A stretch of 64,000 nt of DNA from Myxococcota bacterium (GTDB taxonomy: Bacteria; Myxococcota_A; SURF-8). How positions within the stretch are numbered: position 1 is the stretch's first letter; every line of letters starts with the position of its first letter. A program made the translations under genes and the position numbers. The stretch lies in the NCBI GenBank assembly GCA_963674735.2, contig CAXXQS010000001.1:384001-448000 (forward strand), read 5' to 3'. Positions 38,723 to 48,950 of the stretch are shown piece by piece. Below the pieces are notes generated by a model. It was not told where the DNA came from, made no database searches, and saw only the letters and a program-made list of their open reading frames with translations.

Positions 38723-41098
38723 TCAGGTTTTCATGCGCAAAAGAGACATTTTGGCCGCCTCCGCCACTTCCGGATGATTGTCTTTTCCGGCTATTTTCAG
38801 GGCTTTAGCTACTTCATCGGAGGGATAGCCGGCCAATGCCATGGCGATGCGGGCGCGAAGCTGGTGAGATTTGGTCCGATTTCTCGAAAAAAGCCCTTCC
38901 TTTTTGAGCGCAACGATCAGGTAGGGAACAACGGATTCGTTGCGCATTTTTTCGAGAGCCATAACGGCTTCCATCTGCAACGCATCGTCTTCTTCGACTT
39001 GCGCGATGCTGCGTTTTTCGATGATTTTCGCTATCGATTCGATCGATTCCTGGTCGCGTAATGTTCCCAAAATGGCGATGACCTGTCGCCGGATGATGGG
39101 ATCGGAGTCGTTGAGATGTATGCGGATGGTTTCGACGGCCGACTCGGGGTCGAGGGTGGCGAGGGCTTTGATCGCTTCTTTGCGGACGCGTTGATCCGAG
39201 TGACCCATCAGCGGCTCGACCCATTCCGTGTGGTGTGGTTTGCCAAGATCGCCGATCAGGGTGAGCATGTTGCGGGTGACATACCATTCGTTTTCGCCGT
39301 TTTTCAGTTCGTCATGGGCGACATCTAAAACGGCCTTTCCCATTTTCTGAAGCAGAAGCAGAACATTTCGGCGAAGTCGGCGGTCTTCGGCCGTTTTCAG
39401 CAGTTCGACCATGGCACCGATCATGTTCATACCCATATTGACGATCAATTCCGAGACGTATTCGCGGGTGTCCTCTTCTCCATGTTGAAAAACGGTAAGA
39501 AGCATGCGATTGACTTCCTCGGAGGAAATCATGTTGAGTGCGGCGAAAGCACGCTGTTTTTGCTCGGAATGACGTTCCGTTGCAGGATTGGAATGTTTTC
39601 GGAACACGCGAACGATTTTATTGGCGTTTTTATAGTTTTCATTGAAGATGAGTTCACGACCCAATTTCTCTAAAAATTCCGTGATGCCGATATAGACCTT
39701 GCTGTACTCCCATTCCATATCGAGACGATCAACCAGTTTGTCGATGAATCCATCAATGCCTTCGTGGTAGACCACTTCACCTAAAATTTCCACCATGCCC
39801 GAGAGGACCGAAGGGATTTTGTCGCCGGGCACGCGTTCGAACTGCATGATGGCGGTATCCAGGGCCGTTTTGTTGATCGTTCCATCGGCATTGATCAGAT
39901 TGATCTTGTCCAGATCGTCCGAAGCCAGAATACCTTCGGCCTTTTTTCGTAATTCTTCGGCGACATGTTTTTTTAGAAGTCCCGCGCGAATCAGTTTATC
40001 GGCCACACCCTGGAAATGGTCTTTGGTGGAGGTGTTGTTGACGATCATCTTAACTTGTTCTTTGAACGTCCCCACCTTTTCCTGACGTTCTTCTTTCGAG
40101 TAGTCGGTATAGTTTTTCTTGAACTGGTTGACCTGGTCGATCAAGTTGTCCGTATAGCCCATGATCTGGGGGGCTCCCATCTTGTCGATGATCTTCCCCT
40201 GGATATCCAATCTCTGTAATTCCGATTCCTGACCGTCGTTACTGACGAGCAGATTCCCCAATACCTCGCCGTCCATTTCCGCCATGATTTCGGCCAAACC
40301 GTCGCGGAAAACCTCTTTGTCTGCTTCGTCTTGGATGGCATCCAGCATCAATGCGCTGCGGGACAGCAACGCACCGAGTTTGTCGACTTTCAGACGGACG
40401 AACTCGCCCCGTTCAAGTTCTTCTTCGGCTTCGGCCACTTTGGTCAAACTGCGCAGAATTTCCTGGAACTGCTCCTGATCCTGCAAGATCTCCTGAATTT
40501 CTTCGGTATTGACTTGTTGGGCTTCCATCATGTCGCCAAGCAGATACTTGGCCATGAATTTCTGCCGACGCTCCCACTCCTCCAACTCTTCCTGGGTGGT
40601 TGCAACATAGATGCGTTCATTGGTTTGGATATGGGTGATTCCCCGTTCTTTCATCTGCTCGGGGATCGGTGGAAGCTTTTTAAGTTCCTTGGGTTTTTTC
40701 GAAATGATGACCAGAAGATCGATCAACTCGGTGGAGGACGTTCCTTTTTTGAAGGTCAGGCTTTGAATGGCACGTTCGGTCAACGAGATGACGAAATCGC
40801 GGACAGGGGCTTTCTTTCGGTCACGCTCGTCAAGTTGCATGCCATCGATCAAAAGGGTGCCACCGACTTCACTGAAGGTGATCTCGTCCTTGATATCCAG
40901 CACGCCTTCGAGATGTCCGGATACTTTTTCAACGGCGTTGGCGATGGTTTTGGATCCCGGAGGGTAAATTCCAAGCGACACGGTCACAGCGCGGATGGCC
41001 GTGATGAAATCCACAGCAAGGCGGGAAAGCTTGGCATGGGCTATATCCGAAGGCAGCCCTTCTTCGTCGATCTCATAGGTATTCATCAGAAAAATCAT
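38723..41098 (-). CDS. HEAT-repeat protein
   Basis: C-terminal HEAT repeats (WYVTRN, DQRVRKEAIKAL, DPIIRRQVIAILG); N-terminal IYPPGS domain. Confidence 0.8.
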   Translation of the reverse strand: MIFLMNTYEIDEEGLPSDIAHAKLSRLAVDFITAIRAVTVSLGIYPPGSKTIANAVEKVSGHLEGVLDIKDEITFSEVGGTLLIDGMQLDERDRKKAPVRDFVISLTERAIQSLTFKKGTSSTELIDLLVIISKKPKELKKLPPIPEQMKERGITHIQTNERIYVATTQEELEEWERRQKFMAKYLLGDMMEAQQVNTEEIQEILQDQEQFQEILRSLTKVAEAEEELERGEFVRLKVDKLGALLSRSALMLDAIQDEADKEVFRDGLAEIMAEMDGEVLGNLLVSNDGQESELQRLDIQGKIIDKMGAPQIMGYTDNLIDQVNQFKKNYTDYSKEERQEKVGTFKEQVKMIVNNTSTKDHFQGVADKLIRAGLLKKHVAEELRKKAEGILASDDLDKINLINADGTINKTALDTAIMQFERVPGDKIPSVLSGMVEILGEVVYHEGIDGFIDKLVDRLDMEWEYSKVYIGITEFLEKLGRELIFNENYKNANKIVRVFRKHSNPATERHSEQKQRAFAALNMISSEEVNRMLLTVFQHGEEDTREYVSELIVNMGMNMIGAMVELLKTAEDRRLRRNVLLLLQKMGKAVLDVAHDELKNGENEWYVTRNMLTLIGDLGKPHHTEWVEPLMGHSDQRVRKEAIKALATLDPESAVETIRIHLNDSDPIIRRQVIAILGTLRDQESIESIAKIIEKRSIAQVEEDDALQMEAVMALEKMRNESVVPYLIVALKKEGLFSRNRTKSHQLRARIAMALAGYPSDEVAKALKIAGKDNHPEVAEAAKMSLLRMKT

Positions 41099-41254
41099 CG
41101 GCCTTCCCCATTGGCGCTTTTCGGTTGCGGAGATGAGTATATGTATACAAATAATAGGAAAGTATTCTAGCAGAATTCGGGGTGATAATCAATTATTCGA
41201 AATCGGACGATCTGTTTTAACAAAGAATCTTGTAAAAGGAATCTGCCATGGGCT

Positions 41255-41283
41255 TTGACTCGACTGACTTTTCCGAGTACACT
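41255..41283 (+). promoter_or_regulatory. Putative aor promoter
   Basis: TTGACT-17 nt-TACACT. Confidence 0.5.
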
Positions 41284-41335
41284 TCTCGGGCTGATGGAGA
41301 ACAGTCACCCTTTTTCTAATCGCTTGGAGGATCAG

Positions 41336-43231
41336 ATGAGCGATGGATACATGGGACAGGTTTTGTATGTGGATTTGACCGCTAAAACCTGTACCCCTAA
41401 ACCGCTTGATGATGAGGTTCGTTTGTATATCGGGGGCAAGGGCTACGGAGCTCGCCTGTTATACGATCTAACCGAAAAAGGAGTGGATCCGCTGGGTCCC
41501 GCCAACCCGCTTATTTTCGGGACGGGACCGTATAACGGTACATTCGGCGTGCAGTCCACCCGCTTCACCGTTACCGCGAAATCGCCGCTGACCGGCGCAA
41601 TCGGCAATGTCACCGCGGGCGGTGATTTCGCCAATGCCATGAAACGGGCCGGATTCGATTTCATCGTGGTGACCGGCCAAGCGGAAAAGCCGGTCTACGT
41701 AGAAGTGACGGACGGCTCGGCTGAAATCAAGGAAGCCGGAAAGCTCTGGGGTATGGGTACCCAGGAGGTGCAGCGGCAATTCCCCAAAGCGTTCAAATGT
41801 GCCGTGATCGGACCCGCCGGAGAGAACCTGGTCCGTTATGCCTCCATCATCGGCGGCGATCGTGCGGCAGGCCGCTGCGGCTTGGGAGCGGTGATGGGCT
41901 CCAAGAAACTCAAAGCCGTCATCTGTTCCGGTAAAAAGAAAGTGCCGATCGCCAAGCCGGACAAATTCAAAGATTACACCCGTTGGTTGACCAAGTATTT
42001 CAAAGCCCATAATATGACCGGCGAAATTCTACCGGCTTTCGGTACGGCCAACCTGCTGATGACCACTTCCGGGCGCAATATCCTGCCCACCTTGAACTTC
42101 CAGAAAGGTCGTCATCAACTCGCCTGGCAGATCTCCGGCGAACAGATGCGGAAAGATTGGTTGGTCAAGAATGGGGGCTGTACGGCGTGTCCGATCCACT
42201 GTGGACGTACGGTCCGGCGTCCGGAGGGCAGCAAGTACGGCGAAGCCGGTGGAAAGATTCGTGGACCCGAGTACGAAACGCTCGGGTTGATGGGTAGTAA
42301 TATCGGCGTTTTCGATCTCGCGGCGGTGTTGCGTTTCAATGAAGCGGTGGACGAACTGGGGCTCGACTCCATCTCTGCCGGGGGAACGCTGGCCTGGGCC
42401 ATGGAAGCCAACGAAAAGGGTGTATGGAAAAACGGTTTGAGCTTCGGCGATATCGCTGCCGTGGACCAGTTGATCGAAGATATCGCGTATCGACGCGGGA
42501 TCGGGGACGAACTGGCCGAGGGTTCCTACCGATTGGCGCAGAAATACGGCGGGATGGACTTCGCCATGCAGGTCAAGGGGATGGAACTTCCCGCCTATGA
42601 CCCGCGTGGTTGTTATGGACAGGGCCTGGAATATGCGACCACCAATCGCGGGGGTTGCCATATCAACGGGGCGACCATGTTTTTCGAAACCACCGGAGCG
42701 ATTTCGGTGGATCCGCTATCGATCAAGGCCAAGCCGGAATTGGTGGTTTTTCAGCAGAATCTCATGGCGGCGCTCAATGCCATGATCATCTGTGTATTCT
42801 CCAGCTACGCGGTTTTGCCGTCCTTCGTGGGTAATATGGATCCGCAGGGCTCGTTGTACCGCTCGGTGGCCTGGACGATGAAAAACTCCGGTCCGATCCT
42901 ACGCCTGGTGCTGAAAACCAAGTTGATGGCTCCCATCCTTTGGTATGAGAAGTACTTGGGCTATGTTACCGGTGAATCTTATACCTTGGGCCGCATTACC
43001 GAATCGGGTGAGCGCGACTTCAATATGGAGCGCTTGTTCAACATGCGTGAAGGATTTGCCTTGGAGGACGACACCCTGCCGTCGCGTCTCCTAAACGAGC
43101 CGACCTTCCCCGGACAGGAAAAGGGCGTGCCCCTCGACGAGATGTTGCCGTCTTACTACAAAATCCGTGGTTGGAATCCGGATGGGACGATATCGGATAA
43201 GACCTTGAATCGCCTGCAGATAAGGAGCTGA
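41336..43231 (+). CDS. Aldehyde:ferredoxin oxidoreductase family (W/Mo-pterin)
   Basis: KSPLTG, IGPAGEN, GLGAVMGSKKLKA, CTACPIHC, EYET, GLDSIS, RGGCH, YYKIRGW. Confidence 0.93.
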   Translation: MSDGYMGQVLYVDLTAKTCTPKPLDDEVRLYIGGKGYGARLLYDLTEKGVDPLGPANPLIFGTGPYNGTFGVQSTRFTVTAKSPLTGAIGNVTAGGDFANAMKRAGFDFIVVTGQAEKPVYVEVTDGSAEIKEAGKLWGMGTQEVQRQFPKAFKCAVIGPAGENLVRYASIIGGDRAAGRCGLGAVMGSKKLKAVICSGKKKVPIAKPDKFKDYTRWLTKYFKAHNMTGEILPAFGTANLLMTTSGRNILPTLNFQKGRHQLAWQISGEQMRKDWLVKNGGCTACPIHCGRTVRRPEGSKYGEAGGKIRGPEYETLGLMGSNIGVFDLAAVLRFNEAVDELGLDSISAGGTLAWAMEANEKGVWKNGLSFGDIAAVDQLIEDIAYRRGIGDELAEGSYRLAQKYGGMDFAMQVKGMELPAYDPRGCYGQGLEYATTNRGGCHINGATMFFETTGAISVDPLSIKAKPELVVFQQNLMAALNAMIICVFSSYAVLPSFVGNMDPQGSLYRSVAWTMKNSGPILRLVLKTKLMAPILWYEKYLGYVTGESYTLGRITESGERDFNMERLFNMREGFALEDDTLPSRLLNEPTFPGQEKGVPLDEMLPSYYKIRGWNPDGTISDKTLNRLQIRS

Positions 43232-43234
43232 GCC

Positions 43235-43483
43235 ATGGCCACCTTCTATCCGCATTTTCGCTTGGCCAATCAGATGGGTGGGCATGAGTTCACCTGGCCG
43301 GCGCAAACGGTCGGTGAATTGCTGGAGATCGGTTTGCAGCAATTCGGCAAGATGTTCAAAGACGAACTGTCGAATGCGACGGTGCTGGTCAATGGGCGCG
43401 CCATCAGTTATCTGGGAGGGCGGCGCACGCCGCTCACCGATAACGACGAGGTGTGGACCATCCTGCCCAGCGCGGGCGGTTGA
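43235..43483 (+). CDS. MoaD/ThiS family sulfur carrier
   Basis: VLVNGR and C-terminal SAGG; directly downstream of the AOR gene. Confidence 0.9.
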   Translation: MATFYPHFRLANQMGGHEFTWPAQTVGELLEIGLQQFGKMFKDELSNATVLVNGRAISYLGGRRTPLTDNDEVWTILPSAGG

Positions 43484-43495
43484 TACCGGGAAGAC

Positions 43496-45220
43496 TCAGT
43501 TTTTCCACCACATGAAGGGGACGACGGCCGGCTCGGCGAACGGCCCGGCGGCCAGTTCGTCCCAGTAATCGGTGCTGTTTAACGTCCCGTAATCGTAGAG
43601 CACCCAGCCTTCCACATCGGCTTGGCGGGTATGCAAGATCTGCGATTCGACCTGTTCCCAGCTTTCATACCCACGCCACTCGCCGCGCTCGGCGTCCTGA
43701 CCGGCGTCCATATCCGATCCGATATACAGAAAACGCCGGGTTAGCGCCGCATGGCTGTCCACCAGGGCGCGGAAGTCGGTCCAGGCTGCGTAGGTGTCGC
43801 GGCAACGCCAGTAAACCATCGGAATCAGGGCGTCGATGATGCCTAATTCATCGAACTTGCGCCAGTCCTGATACCAGTGAACGTAACCTTCCGTAACGCC
43901 GCCCCAGCCCCATTCGTCCTGGTAAATACCCGCCACGGCGGCCGAAAGCGCCACTGATGGCGCGACTTGTTCGAGGGTGGTATATATGTCTCCAACTTGT
44001 TCGACAACTTGCAGCCGTTGCCAGTCGGCGTAGTCGGTTTCCGGGTGGGCGGCAAGGTGTGTCTGGTAGGCCGCTTCGCTGACCGGATCGTGGCTGTATT
44101 GGATTGCCGGATAGCGCACGCGGTCCAGGTGGATGCCGTCCACGTCGTAGCGGCTCCCGATATCGTGCACCACCGCTGCGTTGTGGGCGCGCAGTGCCTC
44201 ACTGGCCGGGGTGCCCCAGACATAACCGTTGCCCACCACCATGGGAACGTGGTCGCTGTCCTGCATCACCCATTCCGGATGTTCCAATAGCATGTGGCGC
44301 GGAGTGGACTCTTTGGGTTTGGCGCTTCCGTCCCACAGGGTGAAGACGTTGATCCAGGCGTGCAGCTCAAGCCCGCGTGCATGGGCTTCGTCGATGGCGG
44401 TTTGCAACGGATCCCAACCGGGATCTTGTCCCAGAACCCCTGAGAGACGTTGCGCCCAGGGCTCCAGGTCGGAATCGTAATAGGCGTCGAATACGCCGCG
44501 CACCTGAAAGTACACCTGGTTGAACCGTGTCTGGCTGGCTTTTTCCATGATGGCGACTACGTCGGCGGCATTGGAGAAAGCCCAGCGGTTTACCCACAAG
44601 CCACGCGCTTCCACCTGTTCTCGTGGGCGCACCCGGACCGTGGCGGGATCGGAAACGAGGTCGTTGTAGGCTGCGCGTAAAACCGCTTCGCCGTTGGCTT
44701 TGCCTGTGATACGAGCGGGTTCTGGCTGTAACGTGACGATTTCCGGGTGGTAGTTGGTAAAGGTGGCTTCATCGGTGACATCTTCCAGGTCCGTGTTGTT
44801 TCCCTGGTCGAGACGGACCCGCAAGCCGCTTGTACTGCCCTGCGCCAGAACGCTCGGAGCCACCAGCAGCAAGCGCGGCCAGTCGCTGATGAGCGATTCC
44901 TCCTCGGCTTCGGTGGATGCGTCCACCTTATCGAAATCTCCGTCGAGGTCGCCGGAGAACGCATCCTCTTCATTTTCACCGTTGGATGGCGCGTCCAGGT
45001 CGAGATCGCCGTCCGGGCCTGGGGAGGGAAAGAGGTCGTTGTCTGTCTCCGATCGATCGCCATCGCTTTGGATGGGGACGCACTGGCCGTCGATCAGATG
45101 ACTGCCCGCCGGACAGTAGAAAGTGTCGGATAAATGCTGACCGCTGTTGCTGCAAGCGCCGAGAAACATCAGCGTGAATAGCCAACCGATTATCGAGGCA
45201 AAGGGGATCAATCGCTGCAT
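43496..45220 (-). CDS. Lipoprotein glycoside hydrolase, GHL10/DUF187 (YddW/DigH-like), with an Ig-like domain
   Basis: Lipobox LGAC; EARGLWV, FQVR, WDPL, AHARGLELHAW, YDVDGIHLD..RYP, YQDW. Confidence 0.85.
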   Translation of the reverse strand: MQRLIPFASIIGWLFTLMFLGACSNSGQHLSDTFYCPAGSHLIDGQCVPIQSDGDRSETDNDLFPSPGPDGDLDLDAPSNGENEEDAFSGDLDGDFDKVDASTEAEEESLISDWPRLLLVAPSVLAQGSTSGLRVRLDQGNNTDLEDVTDEATFTNYHPEIVTLQPEPARITGKANGEAVLRAAYNDLVSDPATVRVRPREQVEARGLWVNRWAFSNAADVVAIMEKASQTRFNQVYFQVRGVFDAYYDSDLEPWAQRLSGVLGQDPGWDPLQTAIDEAHARGLELHAWINVFTLWDGSAKPKESTPRHMLLEHPEWVMQDSDHVPMVVGNGYVWGTPASEALRAHNAAVVHDIGSRYDVDGIHLDRVRYPAIQYSHDPVSEAAYQTHLAAHPETDYADWQRLQVVEQVGDIYTTLEQVAPSVALSAAVAGIYQDEWGWGGVTEGYVHWYQDWRKFDELGIIDALIPMVYWRCRDTYAAWTDFRALVDSHAALTRRFLYIGSDMDAGQDAERGEWRGYESWEQVESQILHTRQADVEGWVLYDYGTLNSTDYWDELAAGPFAEPAVVPFMWWKN

Positions 45221-45390
45221 CTGCCGGGTCTCCTTCTCGCTGGATAGGCGATCCTACCACAGGTTCGACTGAGAGAAAACCACTCTCTGGCCACGCAATA
45301 GTTGCTTTCGCTTTTCATCCTGGTTTAATACAAGGGATGTAACATCGTGCGGTACGGCCCGCTTGTTCCGATTCAACAAAGGAGTTTTAG

Positions 45391-47481
45391 ATGAAACGCG
45401 GATGGATGATCGTTGCCATATTGCTCGGTTTATGCGGAATAATCGCCTGTTCGTCATCCGATAACGATGCAATCGATGGCGACAGCGAGTCCGATCGGCC
45501 GACTGTCGATGGTGACGGTGATATCGACCCTAACGATGGGGATCGGGACGACGACGGCGCGAGTGAGACGGACGGCGACGAAAGCGAAAGCGATGGCGAC
45601 CGTGAACCGGATGTCGAGGATTGGGTGTTTAACCGCGACGACTATGATCCGGTCAACGGCTGGATCTTGCTTGACCGGAACGAAACGGCGATGCTGGACA
45701 CCATCGATACCGCCGCTGACTTCGGGGTGAATCACATTCAACTCTCCCATGATTTGATCATGGATATCGATGATGCGGTGGGAGATGATGCCGATACTCT
45801 CGCGCGTATCGCCACATTGAACGCCGGTATCGCGCGTGCCCATGAACACGGGATGAAGGCTTATGTCTGGGCACACGAGTTTACCGGTGTATCGATTGAT
45901 GTCTGTTTCGACCCGGCTGACCCCGTTTGGGAGACACGCGCCCAACAATATCGAGTCGCTTTTTCCGCGATGCCCGATCTGGACGGTGTGATTCTGATGT
46001 TCGGTTCTTCGGACCTCCCGCCCTGGTATGCTTTTTGTTCCTGCGATTGGTGTGTCGATAACTACGGCGACGATCCGCTCGAAAGTCCGCCGCCGGCGGT
46101 GAAGGTGCAATTGGTGGCGCAGGCCATCGGTGAGGTGGTGGTCAACGAATTGGGCAAGGAATTGTTTATCCGCACCTTCGTACACGAACCCAATGAAGTT
46201 GCGTGGCATTCCGATGGATTACGAGAGGTGGAAGGCGTCTCTTTCACCGGCATGCATAAGGGTCCGGTTCAAGACTGGCAGCCTTACAACCCGCATCACG
46301 CTTGCACGGGTAACGTGGGGTCGCATCCCTCGGTGTTGGAACTCGATTTGGCCGGAGAATACTATGGGAAGTCCGAATTGCCTTGGGCGGCGCCGGGCTA
46401 TTACTGGTACCGTCTTGAACACGCCTGGAAAAACCGCGGGATCGGTGCGGTGGCGCGCGTGCAACGCGGGAGTCTGCACGCTCTTGGAACGCCCAACGAA
46501 GTAAATCTGTACGCCGTGGCAGAGTGGGTGAAGAATCCCGATCTGCCCATCGAGAGCGTTTGGGACGGATTTCTCGAATCGTATTATGCTCTGGCTCCGC
46601 AGGCCGACGGGCAGGCGACTTTGAAACAGGTGCTGAAAGACACCTTCCCCATTCGCCGCAAGTCGCATTACGTATTGGGGATCTGGGCGCTTGATAAGGG
46701 TAGCGATATTCCCAACGGTGTGGCGCTGGATCAATTCGATGATCGGGGCGATATGCCGAAATGGGACGCCGACTGGACGGATGTCTGGAACGCGTTGGAT
46801 CGGCCGAACAAAGAAACGGTTTGGCAGGTTTGGCAGGAGGGTTGCGAAGCCGTCGTTCTGGCCGAGGTGAGTCTGACGGCCAGCGCGGATCTCGACGGCA
46901 AACTTGCGACCGACCTCTACAGCGATTTGGCGCGTCGCATGCGGCATCAGTATTATGCGGCGCGAGCTTGGCGCGCGGCGAAGCTCTTCATCTGGGCCAA
47001 TCGCGCCAAGGGAGACGGAAGCGACACCGATCTACCCGGCTGGATGGCCTGGGCGCGTGCTGAACTCGAAACGCTGATAACCGAGATGGCTGCCGCCGAT
47101 CTGGGAACGATCACGTTGGCGACGCCGGGACGCATTCAGCAATTCCTCGACAATACGGCGAATCTTATTCCGGACGGCACCGCCGTCGTCGTTCCCGAGG
47201 GTTTAATGCTTTCTCCCGTGACGACAACCGCCCTGCGGTCTGATGGCGCGGATTTCAGTGTTTCCGTGAATCAAGCCGCCACGCTGACGGTCGAATGGGG
47301 GACCGAGATTCCCGACTACGGGCAGACGGTCGAGCTGGGCGCGGTGCCTGCCGATACGCCGACTTCTTTTTCGCTGAGCGATCTTCCGTCCCGGTCGCGA
47401 GCGGTGCTGCGCGTGCGTGCCACGGCGGGCGATGAGACGACAACCGGCGGCGATTACTGGGTGTTTACGCCGGCTCAATAG
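45391..47481 (+). CDS. Lipoprotein, putative TIM-barrel glycoside hydrolase with a C-terminal FN3-like domain
   Basis: Lipobox IIAC, DGD linker, VWAHE, PDLDGVIL, ELDLAGEYYG, beta-rich tail. The family assignment is uncertain. Confidence 0.55.
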   Translation: MKRGWMIVAILLGLCGIIACSSSDNDAIDGDSESDRPTVDGDGDIDPNDGDRDDDGASETDGDESESDGDREPDVEDWVFNRDDYDPVNGWILLDRNETAMLDTIDTAADFGVNHIQLSHDLIMDIDDAVGDDADTLARIATLNAGIARAHEHGMKAYVWAHEFTGVSIDVCFDPADPVWETRAQQYRVAFSAMPDLDGVILMFGSSDLPPWYAFCSCDWCVDNYGDDPLESPPPAVKVQLVAQAIGEVVVNELGKELFIRTFVHEPNEVAWHSDGLREVEGVSFTGMHKGPVQDWQPYNPHHACTGNVGSHPSVLELDLAGEYYGKSELPWAAPGYYWYRLEHAWKNRGIGAVARVQRGSLHALGTPNEVNLYAVAEWVKNPDLPIESVWDGFLESYYALAPQADGQATLKQVLKDTFPIRRKSHYVLGIWALDKGSDIPNGVALDQFDDRGDMPKWDADWTDVWNALDRPNKETVWQVWQEGCEAVVLAEVSLTASADLDGKLATDLYSDLARRMRHQYYAARAWRAAKLFIWANRAKGDGSDTDLPGWMAWARAELETLITEMAAADLGTITLATPGRIQQFLDNTANLIPDGTAVVVPEGLMLSPVTTTALRSDGADFSVSVNQAATLTVEWGTEIPDYGQTVELGAVPADTPTSFSLSDLPSRSRAVLRVRATAGDETTTGGDYWVFTPAQ

Positions 47482-47486
47482 CAACT

Positions 47487-47552
47487 GTAGGTTGGATCCA
47501 ATGGATCCAACATCTTACGGAAAGTGTCGGATTAAAATCTTATCCGACCTTA
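47487..47552. repeat. Inverted REP-like pair (REPIN-like)
   Basis: GTAG foot plus the palindrome GTTGGATCCA-A-TGGATCCAAC, then GTCGGAT-N9-ATCCGAC-CTTA (degenerate inverted foot). Confidence 0.65.
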
Positions 47553-47573
47553 ATTAGTTTTGTGAGGCAGGGC

Positions 47574-48926
47574 ATGAAATCACGATCTGAAGTTATTGAT
47601 ATAATTGCTGCATCAGCTATTAGAGGGCGGTTGGGTCTATTTGTCGGTACAGGTTTTTCGAAAGCTTTAACCAATGGACTTGCACTTACGTTTAGAGAGC
47701 TACTGATTGAGTTAGTTAAGGAGCTTGAATTAGGAGTCAATATTGACAATGATAAACAGTTTCGTCACAAATCGCACCCCCAAATTGCATCAGAAATAGT
47801 GAAAAAGCATGTAGAACAATCCTTGTGGATTGATGATAAGACTGGAGATTTGCAGGTCAAGCAAGCGGCTTCTTCTTTGTGCAATCTGCTTCCAGATGAA
47901 GAAATTAGAACCAAATTCTATGAAGAGCTAAAAACTATTCGCCCAAGTTGGGTTATCACAACTAATTATGATCTTGTGTTGGAGTCTGTGTTTCCTAATA
48001 ATCATTCTTTACTTTCCCATCAGCCAATAATGCCAAATCAGGAATGTGTGCCAATCTTTCATCTTCATGGAAATCGTCTTTATCCACAGTCACTTCGAAT
48101 AACCGAAGAAGATTATGTTTCGTTGCTTGGACCACTTGATTATCAGCGAATAAGATTGCCACTTCTACTTCTTGAGTCTACAACGCTGATGATCGGATAT
48201 GCTCTTGGTGATATCAATGTACGTGCTGCACTGGAATGGGCACGTTCATTTGTTGTCGATGATAACAGACAAGAGCCTGATCAAGGACTGATTGTACAGG
48301 CTTTGTTTAAGGAAAACGGTGCAACAACTGATGTCAAGCATGGTCCGAATGGAGAAATAATATTAGAAACAGATAACTTGTTGTCATTTCTTTCAGAAGT
48401 CGCCACCTCCATAGTAAATGCGCAAGAGCTTAATCGTTTTTGGCAAGAAATTAGAGAAGAATATTTGAGAAATAGACAAAATGATATCTATTCAATGACA
48501 AATGGGTCAGAAGAAAGAAATAGGTTTTTATATGTAATCGAAAATTTGCCATTTATCAGTAACCCAACATCTGTTATCTCATTTCTTGATAGTATACTTG
48601 GCAAGATATGGCAAAAGGCTAGGGAGAACGGGGGATGGGAGTACTATAATATGTTTCTTGAGTTAATACTAGATGTTCTTGTTCGAATCGACATTGGAAA
48701 AAACTCACCAACCGTTTTTGGCTATCTAGCACAAATGCTTAGTCAAATAGGATCATTTATTGGTCCTGCACCAAGGAAGAATGATATTGGAATTCCGTGG
48801 AGAGCTGCAGAAACCTGGGAAACGAGGAAAGATGAACTTGGTGAACAGAAATTACGCGAATTGAGATCCTTATCTCGATCACAAAATTTGTGGGGTATAA
48901 AGATATTATTCGGTGAATCTTATTGA
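47574..48926 (+). CDS. SIR2-family (SIR2_2) protein, putative NADase defence effector
   Basis: LFVGTGFS, ITTNYD, FHLHG, IGYALGDINV; strongly AT-rich relative to its flanks. Confidence 0.88.
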   Translation: MKSRSEVIDIIAASAIRGRLGLFVGTGFSKALTNGLALTFRELLIELVKELELGVNIDNDKQFRHKSHPQIASEIVKKHVEQSLWIDDKTGDLQVKQAASSLCNLLPDEEIRTKFYEELKTIRPSWVITTNYDLVLESVFPNNHSLLSHQPIMPNQECVPIFHLHGNRLYPQSLRITEEDYVSLLGPLDYQRIRLPLLLLESTTLMIGYALGDINVRAALEWARSFVVDDNRQEPDQGLIVQALFKENGATTDVKHGPNGEIILETDNLLSFLSEVATSIVNAQELNRFWQEIREEYLRNRQNDIYSMTNGSEERNRFLYVIENLPFISNPTSVISFLDSILGKIWQKARENGGWEYYNMFLELILDVLVRIDIGKNSPTVFGYLAQMLSQIGSFIGPAPRKNDIGIPWRAAETWETRKDELGEQKLRELRSLSRSQNLWGIKILFGESY

Positions 48927-48950
48927 TAAGTAGGCATTTTACTTAAATTA

